NCBI GenBank assembly: GCA_964016885.1
Contig: OZ024740.1
Location: 294,562,001 to 294,626,000 of the forward strand
Reading direction: 5' to 3'
DNA length: 64,000 nucleotides
Origin: Eledone cirrhosa
Taxonomy: Eukaryota
This document shows, piece by piece, positions 1 to 11,762 of this stretch; the stretch's first letter is position 1, and the number at the start of each line of letters is the position of its first letter. The position numbers were made by a program, and so were the translations under genes. A model generated the notes under the pieces. That model had not been told where the DNA came from. It did no database searches and was given only the letters and a program-made list of their open reading frames with translations.

Positions 1-714
1 GCATGTGTACACTTAAATGTAATTCTCAGGGAGATTCAGCATCATCATCATCATCTTCGTTTAACGTCCATTTTCCACGCTAGCATGGGTTCAGGGAGAT
101 TCAGCATATGTACACTTAAGTGTAATTCTCAGGGAGATTCAGCATGTGTACACTTAAATGTAATTCTCAGGGAGATTCAGCATGTGTACACTTAAATGTA
201 ATTCTCAGGGAGATTCAGCATGTGTACACTTAAATGTAATTCTCAGGGAGATTCAGCATGTGTACCCTTACATGTAATTCTCAGGGAGATTCAGCATGTG
301 TACCCTTACATGTAATTCTCAGGGAGATTCAGCATGTGTACACTTAAATGTAATTCTCAGGGAGATTCAGCATGTGTACACTTAAATGTAATTCTCAGGG
401 AGATTCAGCATGTGTACACTTAAATGTAATTCTCAGGGAGATTCAGCATGTGTACCCTTACATGTAATTCTCAGGGAGATTCAGCATGTGTACACTTAAA
501 TGTAATTCTCAGGGAGATTCAGCATGTGTACCCTTACATGTAATTCTCAGGGAGATTCAGCATGTGTACACTTAAATGTAATTCTCAGGGAGATTCAGCA
601 TGTGTACCCTTACATGTAATTCTCAGGGAGATTCAGCATGTGTACACTTAAATGTAATTCTCAGGGACATTCAGCATGTGTACCCTTACATGTAATTCTC
701 AGGGACATTCAGCA
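1..714 (+). repeat. 38-bp tandem satellite (gcatgtgtacacttaaatgtaattctcagggagattca), ~18 copies, truncated by window start
   Basis: Visible 38-bp periodicity; two alternating variants (cacttaaat / cccttacat). Confidence 0.97.
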
Positions 715-895
715 AGACACATTGTTTGACAAGGCTGAATATTTCACACAAAGACATAACCAAAAAAGGACATGAATGAACAACATATAGGAGGGGAATT
801 ATACATTTTTAATGATTAATTTACACTATTTGCCAGTAACTGTTATATACATATATTGATTAATACATGTGTGTATTCACATATATATTTATACA

Positions 896-1304
896 CTGAG
901 AATTACATTTAAGCATACATATGCTGAATCTCCCTGAGAATTACATTTAAGTGTACACATGCTGAATCTCCCTGAGAATTACATTTAAGTGTACACATGC
1001 TGAATCTCCCTGAGTATTACATTTAAGTGTACACATGCTGAATCTCCCTGAGAATTACATTTAAGTGTACACATGCTGAATCTCCCTGAGTATTACATTT
1101 AAGCGTACATATGCTGAATCTCCCTGAGAATTACATTTAAGTGTACACATGCTGAATCTCCCTGAGAATTACATTTAAGTGTACACATGCTGAATCTCCC
1201 TGAGAATTACATTTAAGTGTACACATGCTGAATCTCTCTGAGAATTACATTTATGTGTACATATGGTGAATCTCCCTGAGAATTACATTTAAGCGTACAC
1301 AAGC
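896..1304 (-). repeat. Same 38-bp satellite in inverted orientation, ~10-11 copies
   Basis: tgaatctccctgagaattacatttaagtgtacacatgc is the reverse complement of the first array's unit. Confidence 0.96.
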
Positions 1305-2934
1305 TATCAATTTTCATATGAAGTATATTTAAATGTGTGACGCCTGAACGATTATCCTCCACCTCTAACTAACTTACACTCCACCTCTGGGTCCTGAACG
1401 ACAGGATTGAGAATACATGGCCCCAAAGGATGGTAAGGGAGACTCACTGGAACAGCCAGTGAAACTTAATTTTTCATTGTTACATTTTTGAGGTCTTTAA
1501 TCCTTTTGAAACCAACCAGCGTGAAACCACCTCTGGTGCCATGATACAATACTACTCATTTTAAAATGTTTATATTTATCTAAAAAAAAACTTCTGTTAT
1601 AATTTTATGCAAGAATCATGTTCCAGGCAGAAACTTAACAATGAGAAAGTTTGTTATATTATTAGAGCTTTCCAAATTGTTGATTATTTTCAAAATGATT
1701 TTGAAAATCAAATGCCATATCTTTTATTTAAAATATGGGAAGGAGAGGGTTAATTTTGTGGATTGACTGCAATAAATATGATTGAAAGTGATTCAGCAAT
1801 GACTGTCACAGCTATTGTTTCAGGGAGTTTATTTATGATTACCTTTTTTAAAGGCAGTAGGTTGTGATTTGAGGAAGATTTGACTGATATTTCTAGATAT
1901 CGAATCTATGAAATTTTGATATCAAATATTTTGAGAACAATACCTTAATGCTGGATGAGCAGCCAGTTATGGCTGGTTTGAACAGAAAGAGGTGAGAGAA
2001 TTCTGGTCAGATATGGCCGGTTTAAATGCTAAAGGGTTAAAGTCAAAACAAATAGGGAGGAAAGCCACATCAACCCTTTTGATGCCAAACCTCTGAAACC
2101 ACCCTTAGTTCTATGATGCAAAACTGTTTGTGTTAAATTGTTTATACTTATCTGAAATCCTTCCATAATAATTTTATGTAAGAACTTTTGTTATGTTCCA
2201 AACACCTGATAAATAATGAAAAAGTGAGACATTCTAACCACGTCTGATGCAGAGAAGTCGTGGCTATATCTAGAATGGCTCCCCAATCTTTGAGTTAAAT
2301 ACCCTATCGAACTAGCTGGTGAACAATGCAGTTCCCAATATATTTAAAGACAGGTCACACCTGATATACCTTTTATCATAGATCTGCTTGATCAGGTTTG
2401 CCCTTGGTCTAAACTATGACAACAACTTGAAATTAACTTAATTATATTTAAAATGAATATTTCCTATAAGATAGCAGCCAAGTAGATATGAGGATATGCT
2501 AATGTAAATATATACTACAAAAATAAAATCATGTAAATTGGACAAAAGGTGGAAGAACTCAGGTGAGTTAACAGCCATTTAATGGCATGTAAAAATCCAG
2601 GAAGACAGAGCTCATTAGCCTTAGTTAGCAATCTGTCTTAGAGAAGGATCACTCTGATTTCAATGCTAGGGTACACGGGACTCCTTAGTTACCATGATAA
2701 CAACTTTTCAAGTGACCAACAGCATCATACTTGTGATGAAGGTGGATGAGCTTCCAAGTAATTCAGGACCCACTGACATCACTTTTTTCCTGACAAGAAT
2801 TATGGACCATAGAGCATTGGTGGTATTGTCCATGATTTCCAACCCTCAGTAACGAGGGTGGGAAAAGATCAGACCAAAAATTGAACAATGATTAATGTAA
2901 TAAACATTAAGAAAGAAATCATAGCTGATGTATT

Positions 2935-3157
2935 TATGAGGGGGTGGGTGATGAACATTTCTGGTTTTAGATAAAAGAAAATACAGGAAGATCAATTAAT
3001 TATGATTTTGTTCAACATATTCCCCTCTCAGATTCACACACTTATTGCAGTGGTCCTTCAGTTTTTCTAAGCTCTGTAAAAAGAACTTGGAAAGTTGGGT
3101 CTCCAATACCCTTTCACGATACACTTAAAGCTAGGAACTTTTCACTGCCCCTGCCTA
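2935..3157. mobile_element. Degenerate mariner-type non-autonomous element
   Basis: Imperfect TIRs gagggg..gaacatttctggtttt / aaagctaggaacttttcactgcccct, beginning at TA. Confidence 0.55.
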
Positions 3158-4101
3158 CATTGATGTGAAACCAAAATTATTATGTCAAGACTATCAGAAT
3201 GATTAGTGATCAGAATGAAAAAATATTAATAAATGTTTAATTTTTCTAATTAATATTCACACTAGAAAAATCCTCCCCTCCCCCCTCCCCTTAGTACTAG
3301 TGTTGCAAAGTTAAAAGTAAAAGTGATGAGAGATCAGCGATTGCATGGAGTGAAGTGGTTCCTTTTTAGCTTGCATTGTATGAAACAACCTCTCCAGTGT
3401 TGGTATCACAATGGAACACAGTACTCCCAGTAAAATGGTGGATGAACAGACTGAGAGAGCATAACCCTTTGTCCCTATTGACAACCTCTCTAGTGTTGGT
3501 GTCATGATTAAATGACCCCAGCACACGCTATAAGGTGTTGGACGAACAGACTGAGACAATGTAGGGTACAGAGGACCCTTTGGCCCTGTTGAGGACTTGA
3601 CAACCTCTCTAATGTTAATGCCAGGATAAAATGCACCCATTATACACTGTAAGGTGGTTGGTGGTTGAATAAAAAACAATATAAGGTACAGAAGACTCTT
3701 CTGTCTTGCCAAGTATATGATAACAGCTACAGTACTTGCACCACGGTAAAATGCACCCAGTATGCTCTGTAAAGTGGTTATTGTTAGGAAGAGTATCTGG
3801 CTGTAGAAATCCTGCCAAATATGGAATGTATGAACATAGCATGGTTCTATGACCAGTCTACTTTCCAACCATGATAACCCATCCAACCCACGAGAGCATT
3901 GAAAGCAGACATAAAATATTGCAGGTGAAAGTGAACGTCTGTGTCAATAGAATAGTAGGCAATAGTATAGAGACCAGCAGTCTCTAAACTATCACCAACA
4001 GAGCTTTATTTTTCAATACTTTCATTAGTTTTCATTAGACTTTATGAAAAAGATTATATGAAGCACATTTAATGCTTATGTCATGTTCATAATTAAATTG
4101 T

Positions 4102-4425
4102 GAAGGTGCATGACTTAGTTGAGCTCACAATTGTAAGGTTGAGAGTTCTAATCCCGGACCATGTAGTGCGTTGTGTTTTTTAGCAAAACACTTTATTTTA
4201 CATTGCTCCAGTTCACTCAGCTGTAGAAATTAGTTGTGATGTCACTGGTGCCAAGCTGTATTGGCCATTGCCTTTCCTTTGGACAACATCAGTGGCATGG
4301 AGAGAGGAGGCTGGTTTGCATGGGTGACTGCTAGTCTTCAACAAACACACCTTGCTCAGGCTTGTGCCTTAGAGGGGAACTTTCCAGGTGCAAAACCATG
4401 GTCATTCATAAACGAAGTGAGCCTA
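4102..4425 (+). mobile_element. tRNA-derived SINE
   Basis: Degenerate A/B boxes and core gcaaaacactttattttacattgctccagttcactcagctg; body matches 39680-40000. Confidence 0.75.
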
Positions 4426-5336
4426 CAATAATTAAATTATTAATTCTACATGAATGAAGACATATGAATCATGACAGTAAACTGTGGCATGCCTGTAAAG
4501 TCAAGGAGTGATTCATTGGACCTGTAATTCTTGATAGAGTTATAAGGGTTCCATAGTGACATACATCATGTCTTGGTCATTTTAAACCTGACAGAGCCTA
4601 TTCCCTTCCCATGTCTGAACACAAGAAATTTCTTTCAGAGAAAGAAAAAAAAAAATGATAGAGAGGAAGTGAGAAAGAGAGATAAAGGAAGAGTCAACCT
4701 CAGTAGTCAACTGGTTCTTTTCTTATCAACTTTAAAAGAATGAAAGGTGAAGTATAACATTTAAAGGATTTCTTATCTTTGCACACAAAGAGACACTGTT
4801 TGTTTTCAATAGAATAATAACTCCCTCAACAAATCCCATCTCTTTCTTACTCTAGGCACTATACCTTCCATATAATAACTTGACTAAATAAAAGAAACTG
4901 ACTACTATTTCTCTTGAGTTGTCTGAGGAGTTCATTCATATACCTTTTTTTCATGGCTGTTCTTAGCAATTTTCTTTTGTTAGAAACGGTAGGGAGTATT
5001 TTTTGTAACACAATTTACAAATACTTTAACTTGTCCCTAAACAATGGTGCTCTGACCAAGATTGTTATGTAATATTTGGGAAAACCAAATAAATTTCAAG
5101 AATGTAATATTGTTTTCCAAGTAGCAGTGACAGAATGAGCTGTTGTACTGGTACAGGGGATTTTCTTAATGAATTCCATATGAGTCCTATATAGCAGATT
5201 ATGATCGCTTTTAAGGTTACATCTGAACAAAAGATTATATGTGACTTGTTGTATTACTCTGTTAGGGGCCAAAACTCTAAATTTCAGCAACTGATTGTTA
5301 GCCCTTTTAGCTTTAGGTCTGTTCTCTCCATTTTAA

Positions 5337-5542
5337 CTTAACCCTTTAATGTTCAAACCGGCCAAAATTCTCTACCTCTTTCTGTTGAAACTGGCTGTAA
5401 CTGGTTGCTCAAACTGATGTTAAGGTATTGTTCTCAAAATAAATACTTTCAAAATCTCATAAATTCGATATTATGTGAGGTAAAGCCTTTACCATGAAAA
5501 TATAATATTATATATAGAGTAATGTGAATGCTAAAGGGTTAA
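5337..5542. mobile_element. TTAA-flanked (piggyBac-like) MITE, family 1
   Basis: ttaacccttta... / ...tgctaaagggttaa ends; relatives near 1900-2040, 5935-6140, 13876-14090, 41639-41840, 43221-43434, 47041-47450. Confidence 0.75.
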
Positions 5543-6304
5543 GATAATATGAGATAACTAGTCATATTTTTCATGCAGCTGAATCATACCTTTACATTGA
5601 GTTTGTTGTACTTTGTGGCTATTTGTAGAATGATTATTGATGAGAGAGAGGAAATTTTTAAATTAGCTGGGATGTTGTCAGTTAAGTTAAAGGTTAGTCT
5701 CTTTTAAGCTTTGAGCTCATCAAGCAAGAGCTTATCTGGGTTTCATTAGTGTTAAGCAACTGAGAGTACAAGACACCAGTCCATCACAGGGTTAAACCCT
5801 AGCTATTTCTGGAACTCATTTTCACAATGCACTACTCAATCCAAAAATCAAACTCATAACATTATGCTCACAAATCCAACACCTTAACCACGAGGCCATG
5901 TTGTCAGTACTCAAGGCTTTATTGTTATTTGAGCCCTTTAGCATTTACATTACTCTATATTTACTATTATATGTTCATGGTAAATGCTTTATCTCATGTA
6001 ATATCTCACATAATATCAAATCTATGAGATTTTGATATTATTTATTTTGAGAACAATACCTTAACATCAGCATGAGTGGCCAGTTACGGCCGGTTTGTAC
6101 AGAAAGAGGTAAGAGGATTCTGGCCAGATATGGCCAGTTAAAGATAAATTAGATTTCCTTAAATGTCTGGATATCTACTTTGTTTAGATAGGATGTATGG
6201 TAAAACATTATCTTCTACAACTTGATAATAATTTAGTTGTTCAAAGTGATCACGTTTTTTTACAAGAATTCTATCAACTTCAATTAGCCATTTCTTGAAT
6301 GAGC

Positions 6305-6670
6305 CCACACTGCAAAATAGTAATGTGGGAGTCACAACGAAAAGGACCCAGTCCACACTGTAAAGTGGTCGTGTAGGTGTCACGACAAAAAGCACCCAGT
6401 CCACTGTAAAGTGGTCATGTAGGTGTCACAACAAAAAGTACCCCTCACACTGTAAAGTGGTCGTGTAGGAGTCAACAAAAAGCGCCCAGCACACACTGTA
6501 AATGTGGGTGGCATTAAGAAGGGCGTCCAGCTGTAGAAACCTAGCCAGAAAGTCCTATATGAGTAAGACATGGGCACCTGACCCAACTTACCTCAAATGG
6601 GACAACCTGTCTAACACACACTAGCATGGAAAAATGTACATTAAACAATGATGATGATGATGATGATTAT
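6305..6670 (+). mobile_element. RTE LINE 3' UTR fragment with (GAT)n tail
   Basis: Matches the 3' end of the LINE at 36226-36496: tandem gtggtcgtgtaggtgtcacg units, gaagggcgtccagctgtagaaa, gatgatgat tail. Confidence 0.8.
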
Positions 6671-7712
6671 TATAGATGATCTTCATAGAATTCAAGAAAC
6701 CTCTGAACATCAAGCATCAGACTACTTTAGCTTTGCCTTTCCACTATTGATTTTTTAACAGAGGGGTGGGGGTTCTGTATTGGGGATTTGTGTTTCTGCT
6801 AGACTTTCCATTGTGGGTGGGGTCAGCTAGAAAAGCTCTAGAAATTGTCTCCTTTTTCTTTAATGAGTTGTTGGAGCTCATCATAATCATCAAGCCAGTT
6901 TTAATGTTTCCTTGTCATATTTCCAAATATTTGTTCACATATTGAAGATAGCATCCTTCAGAATGCGTTGGTGTTCTTATATTAATGTTGAATATCCGAT
7001 GGCAAGTTTTTGTCCAATTTATCATTGGAATTCTAATCTCTTTGTGTCTTTGAATTTTTTTGGTTATTAATTAACTTCCTTAACTCCTTTGACACCAACC
7101 CACCCAAACTTCCCAGGCATAGAAGATTGGATCAGACCGGACTGGATGGGATGTGACATATGGTATATGATGATTTTATTATGTTATAAATACTATCTTA
7201 AAGAAATTATAATTCTAGTAAATCCTTTCCAAATTGTCAATTAATAAAGTATTCTACTAGAAATACAATAATGAAGGGGTTAATGCCTTTGTAACCTTGT
7301 CACAATTGAAGAATCCTCTCAATCCTATGTATGACAAGTGTGGTGGGATTTAACAGTGATGTGAGGGAGAAAGGAGATGGGCAACTGATGAGGTTTGTTT
7401 ATATCCTGCATACACTTTTTCTCAATATCTTAATTTAAATTGACATACAAACTTGTAATCTTGAAACCTCTCCCACCTTTGTTCCTCTCATGGATCAACA
7501 CTGGTAAATCTCTACTTTACTTTCAGCATCTCTTCATTCAATGTATATCCTTTCTAACAACCTGATAGTGTTCCTTGCTTCCCACTTTCTCTAATCTACC
7601 CAGATGTATTTCTTAGCTTTCATGGTTATTCACCACATCATCTGACATCCAAAGAGCCTGTCTGTGATTTGCAGTAGGTTGTTTTGTAGACACCCCTAAT
7701 TGTCTTCTATAT

Positions 7713-8040
7713 GGAGGCACATGGCTTAGTGGTTTGAGCATTGGCCTTGCAATCGAAAGGTTGTGAGTTCAATTCTCAGACCAGATGATGTGTTGTTTCC
7801 TTGAGCAAGACACTTTATTTCACATTGCTCCAGTTTACTCAGCTGTAGAAATGAGATGATAGGGACTGGGTTCCCTATCATTCCACTGCAAAGTGGTCGT
7901 GGAGGTGCCACGGCAAAAAAGCACCCAGCACTCACTGTAAATGAGGTTGGTGTTAGGAAGGGCATCCAGCTGTAGAAATCAAGCCAGAATCAGTTCCCGT
8001 CCCACCCTTGCAAGCAGGGTAAAAGCGGACGTAAAATGAA
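7713..8040 (+). mobile_element. tRNA-head SINE with RTE-derived 3' end
   Basis: A box TGGCTTAGTGG, B box GAGTTCAATTC; near-identical to 18411-18747. Confidence 0.85.
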
Positions 8041-8118
8041 TACATATACATGTATATATATATACATGTATATATATATACATGTATATATATATACATG
8101 TATATATATATATACATG

Positions 8119-8151
<33 letters not shown>

Positions 8152-8156
8152 CATAC

Positions 8157-8723
8157 ACACCAACTGGTATTTCTTGGAACCTATCTTTGACCAAAAGATC
8201 TTTAAATTCCATAACCATGATGTGGTTGAGAGGAAGAGCAAAGCCTGGGCGGCGTGCCACAGCTTGAGATCGGTGTGGAAGTCGGACCTTCGTAAAGACC
8301 TGAAAATCCGCCTCTTCATTGCTGTAGTGGAGTCTGAGACTTGGACACTGACCAAGAAACTCACTCAGATGGTGGATGGGTGCTACATGAGAATGCTGAG
8401 GATGGCTCTGAACATTAATCAGTATACACTGAGGATGAAAAACTCAGAGCTGTATGGGAGCCTCCCAAAAGTCAGCTCAAAAGTGACAGAGGAGACTGAG
8501 GTTAGCTGGATATGCTCACCGACATCCAGAGTTGACATTGCACTCAGTGCTCCTGTGGGAGCCCCTACATGGACACACTGGAAGAGGAAGACCAAGGTTA
8601 ACGTATGTTGATGCCCTAAGGACAGACACTGGTCTGTTGGAGACGCAGGACATGGCAGCAATGAGGGACAGAAACCACTGGAGAGAACTCGTCCATGGAT
8701 CTCGGGAATTTTACCCGCCCTAG
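8157..8723 (+). mobile_element. 5'-truncated RTE-clade LINE fragment (second family)
   Basis: Frameshifted [41 protein letters not shown]; homologous to 18180-18336. Confidence 0.8.
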
Positions 8724-8840
8724 AAGAACCTCCATACATTCTTCTCCCGATTGTCTTACTTTGATTTCTCAAATAACTACTCTATATTTACTGAAAATTA
8801 ATCATTTTGTTTGCAGTGTAAAATGTTATTATTTTGATAA

Positions 8841-9295
8841 TTAATCCTTCCATGACCACATTTCTAATGAAATACACTATTTTAATTAATTAATGAAGAA
8901 TTTTGAAGGATTTATTAAAATTATTAATTTCATTACAAAGATAGTAACTTGTAATGTTTTGATATAAAATTGTTAGATTTTAATTTAAATTGCAAACCTT
9001 TAAAATCTTCTTAGACACTAAGCTCCGCCAGATACAGACTGCTCATCAACATGAGATATTTTTCTTCACAAAGTTCGATCACCAAAAGCAGAGTTTAAAG
9101 AGCAAAGATCAAGACTATATGTTGACATTATCAAGCCATCATTTTGGCTGCCGGCCTCTACTTCTCTTACCACCCAACCTTCCTTCCAAACCTTTGATAT
9201 AAGGCTCAACAGCATATATCAACCTTTAAAATGGGTGGTTTTTATTCCATAGAACCAGAGCCAGTTTTGACTAGACTGGTAACTAAAGAGTTAAG
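8841..9295. mobile_element. TTAA-flanked MITE, family 2, interrupted by an RTE 3' fragment (9007-9220)
   Basis: ttaatccttccatgacc...ggtaactaaagagttaa; insert bounded by direct repeat aacctttaaaat (8995-9006, 9221-9232). Confidence 0.7.
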
Positions 9296-10214
9296 TTTAG
9301 AAGATTGGTAAGGAAAGTTTATATGTGTGTGTATATGAATAATTATGCATGGACACTAACTCCTGATTGAGTTGTAGGGGCACTGTAGTGATATAGAATG
9401 TGCCTTGGGTATTTAAAATGGACAGAGCCCGTCCTTCTCTAGATCTGAACACAACTGATTTCTTCTAGAGAAAGTGTACTAGACTGGCACTTCATACTTT
9501 ATTTATTTACCTAAAAAAGATGAAAACCTGAAGGAATAAAGCGAAGCATTCTATTCAACGTTCTGACTCTGCCAATCCATTTCCCTATGGATAATTAAAT
9601 GATTGTGTGTAAATATTGACTGATTCACTACTGAAGTGGAGCTAACATCCCAGTCAGGGTCTGCATGTTTCCACCATATTTTGGCTCTATACAGTCCCCT
9701 TACCCCTACACATATAACACTAACCTGTCATTGTAACTAACTACAGGATTGTTTGATGTATTGTAATGGATTTGTAGGGCTACCACTATGATATACTTCT
9801 TAAGCATTTTAAACCTGATTTCTTCCAGAGAGAGAAAGAAGAGAGAAGAATCAAATTCAGTAGTCAACTTCATTTATCAACCTCAAAAGGATGAAAAACA
9901 AAGTTGGCCTCAGTGGTATTTGAACTAGTGTATGCAGAGAGTTGGAATGAATATTGCAAAGCATTTTATCCAATGCCCTTAAGGATTCAGTCAATTCACC
10001 ACACATATGATGTATATAGATAAGAATTATTGGGTGAAAAAGTGTCAAGAGATCCCAGTGAAAGGAAGCCACAAAAAAAGGAAAATCAGAGCTGAAATGG
10101 TGCGAGTTGATCTTAAATCACTGATGCTCACAGATGAACACAACAAATGAAGGAATGTCGTGCTAGAGACCTGTCCAATCCATGCAAGCATGGAAAAGCG
10201 ATGATGTATCCTCT

Positions 10215-10320
10215 GGGCAGGAATGGTAAGCTGTTACTCCTGGACAGGAATGGTAAGCCGTTACTCCCTGGGTAAAAATGGTAAGCTGTTACCCCCTGGC
10301 AGGAATATAAGCTGTTACCT
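10215..10320 (+). repeat. ~27-bp minisatellite (ggcaggaatggtaagctgttactccct), ~4 copies
   Basis: Visible tandem repeats. Confidence 0.85.
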
Positions 10321-10324
10321 ATGT

Positions 10325-10836
10325 AGACTTATCTTATTGACGCTTAACTCCACCAGTTGCAGATTGTGCATCAACAAGAGATATTTTTCTCCACAATGTT
10401 CGATCACCAGCAGCAGAGTTTCAAGAGCAAAGATCAAGTCCAGTCCATAAGTTGACATTATCAAGCCATTGTTTTGGCTGCCGGCCTCTGCTTCTCTTAT
10501 CAACCAACCTTCCTTCCAGGCATAACCTACTCACACCACAAGTTGATCTTTTTATATGACCATACAGTTTGAGTACTCTTGACATGACAATTGATGTAAA
10601 TGGTCTAAGTCTGGTAATGTTGAGCAGCTCACTGATATAGATACGGTCGCTGAGTCACTTGCCAGTCATAAGTCTCATGATGTGGTTCTGGAATGCAGAG
10701 AACTTCTGAAGTGACCTTGTCATCCAATTAACACAACTGGTAGAATGTAAGTATCGAAGATCTTAGCCTTCAAATGATAGGAAACTCGTTCTCATGTTAG
10801 TAGTTCCGTGTTCTTGTTGAAAGCTGCCCAACCTAG
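10325..10836 (-). mobile_element. Degenerate RTE-clade LINE 3' fragment (third family)
   Basis: Minus-strand LGWAAFNK...LKAKIFDTYILPV...LKLYGHIKR...LEGRLVDKRSRGRQPKQWLD with stops; homologous to 9007-9220. Confidence 0.75.
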
Positions 10837-11489
10837 AACAATGTATATGTAATACTATAAATTTTAAGTATTACATATATAAAGTAAATGATTTATAATT
10901 TCAATATAAAAATACTAATGTATGGAAATTGGAGTATAATTCAGTAAATAGGCAATAATTTTGATGTGTGGGATAGGTACAGTTTCTGCTGCCTTTCAAG
11001 CTCAATTTATATACTGGGTGTAACCCTATTAAACCAGCTGGCTGTCAATTCAACTCCATATATTAAATATAACGTCAGAAGGACAGAATGATTTCTGACT
11101 TCTCACTCAATGTCATTATAAAACTGAAGAGTGGGCTGATGAAAATCTGTTGACTTGTAATGACTAGGTTAATCTTTAAAACATTTTATTTTATTTGAAT
11201 TTATAAAATAGTAATGTCATGCCATTGTCTTGTACAGAGATGTTTTTTGTGCCAGTTCAATTTAGTTTTCAGATTTATTTCTTAATACATTTATAATGAT
11301 TTTTAAAAAACTTAAAAAGGATTTGGGGTTCTTCTGAGCCAAACATTTTTTAATTCTACAATATTATAATCAGAGATGATTGTGTGCGTGTGTGTATTAT
11401 AACCATACACTACTACGCCAAATATCGAGTACTCTTGAGTAACGGTGTCTAACCAGTTTCAAACTGAATCCATCCTGGTTTATATATAT

Positions 11490-11762
11490 AAAGTCTAAAA
11501 TCTGTCTCAAGTTTGGCAGCCGATCAGGCTGGTGTTTATCCCAGTTTCCTTCGTGTTAAGCGACGGAGACAAGACCACCAATCGGGACACGACGTCAGTC
11601 TATCACAGGATTAAACCCCCAGCAACTGCTGGTACTCATTTTCAGCTAAGTATGCTGGTTGAAGCAATGTGAAATGAAGTGTTTTTGCTAAGAACACAAA
11701 ACACAACCCAGTCCAAGAATCAAACTCACTATATTATGATCTTAAGTCCTATCACTAGGACA
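11490..11762 (-). mobile_element. tRNA-derived SINE (relative at ~5690-5900)
   Basis: Shared ccagtc.atcacagg.ttaaaccc..gc...t.ctggtactcatttt body and gtcttgctcaaggacacaa-like core. Confidence 0.6.

Noticed and set aside
1-1304. 38-bp repeats as a CRISPR array
   Set aside because: Units are contiguous with no unique spacers, there are no cas genes, and the context is eukaryotic
3311-3886. 191-aa ORF
   Set aside because: Lies in decayed RTE 3' UTR-type repeats; no recognisable domain or splice context
4930-5295. Possible LTR-integrase remnant
   Set aside because: Only a vague FGFP resemblance with multiple stops; not supportable without a search
6770-7070. Possible old RTE linker fragment (WLDDYDELQQLIKKK on the minus strand)
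   Set aside because: Too short and degenerate to call by eye
7713-7790. tRNA gene
   Set aside because: A and B boxes are present but continue into a SINE core and LINE tail, with multiple dispersed copies
10534-10832. Exon of a third host gene (AG/GT-like boundaries on the minus strand)
   Set aside because: Translation has stops and matches an RTE C-terminus
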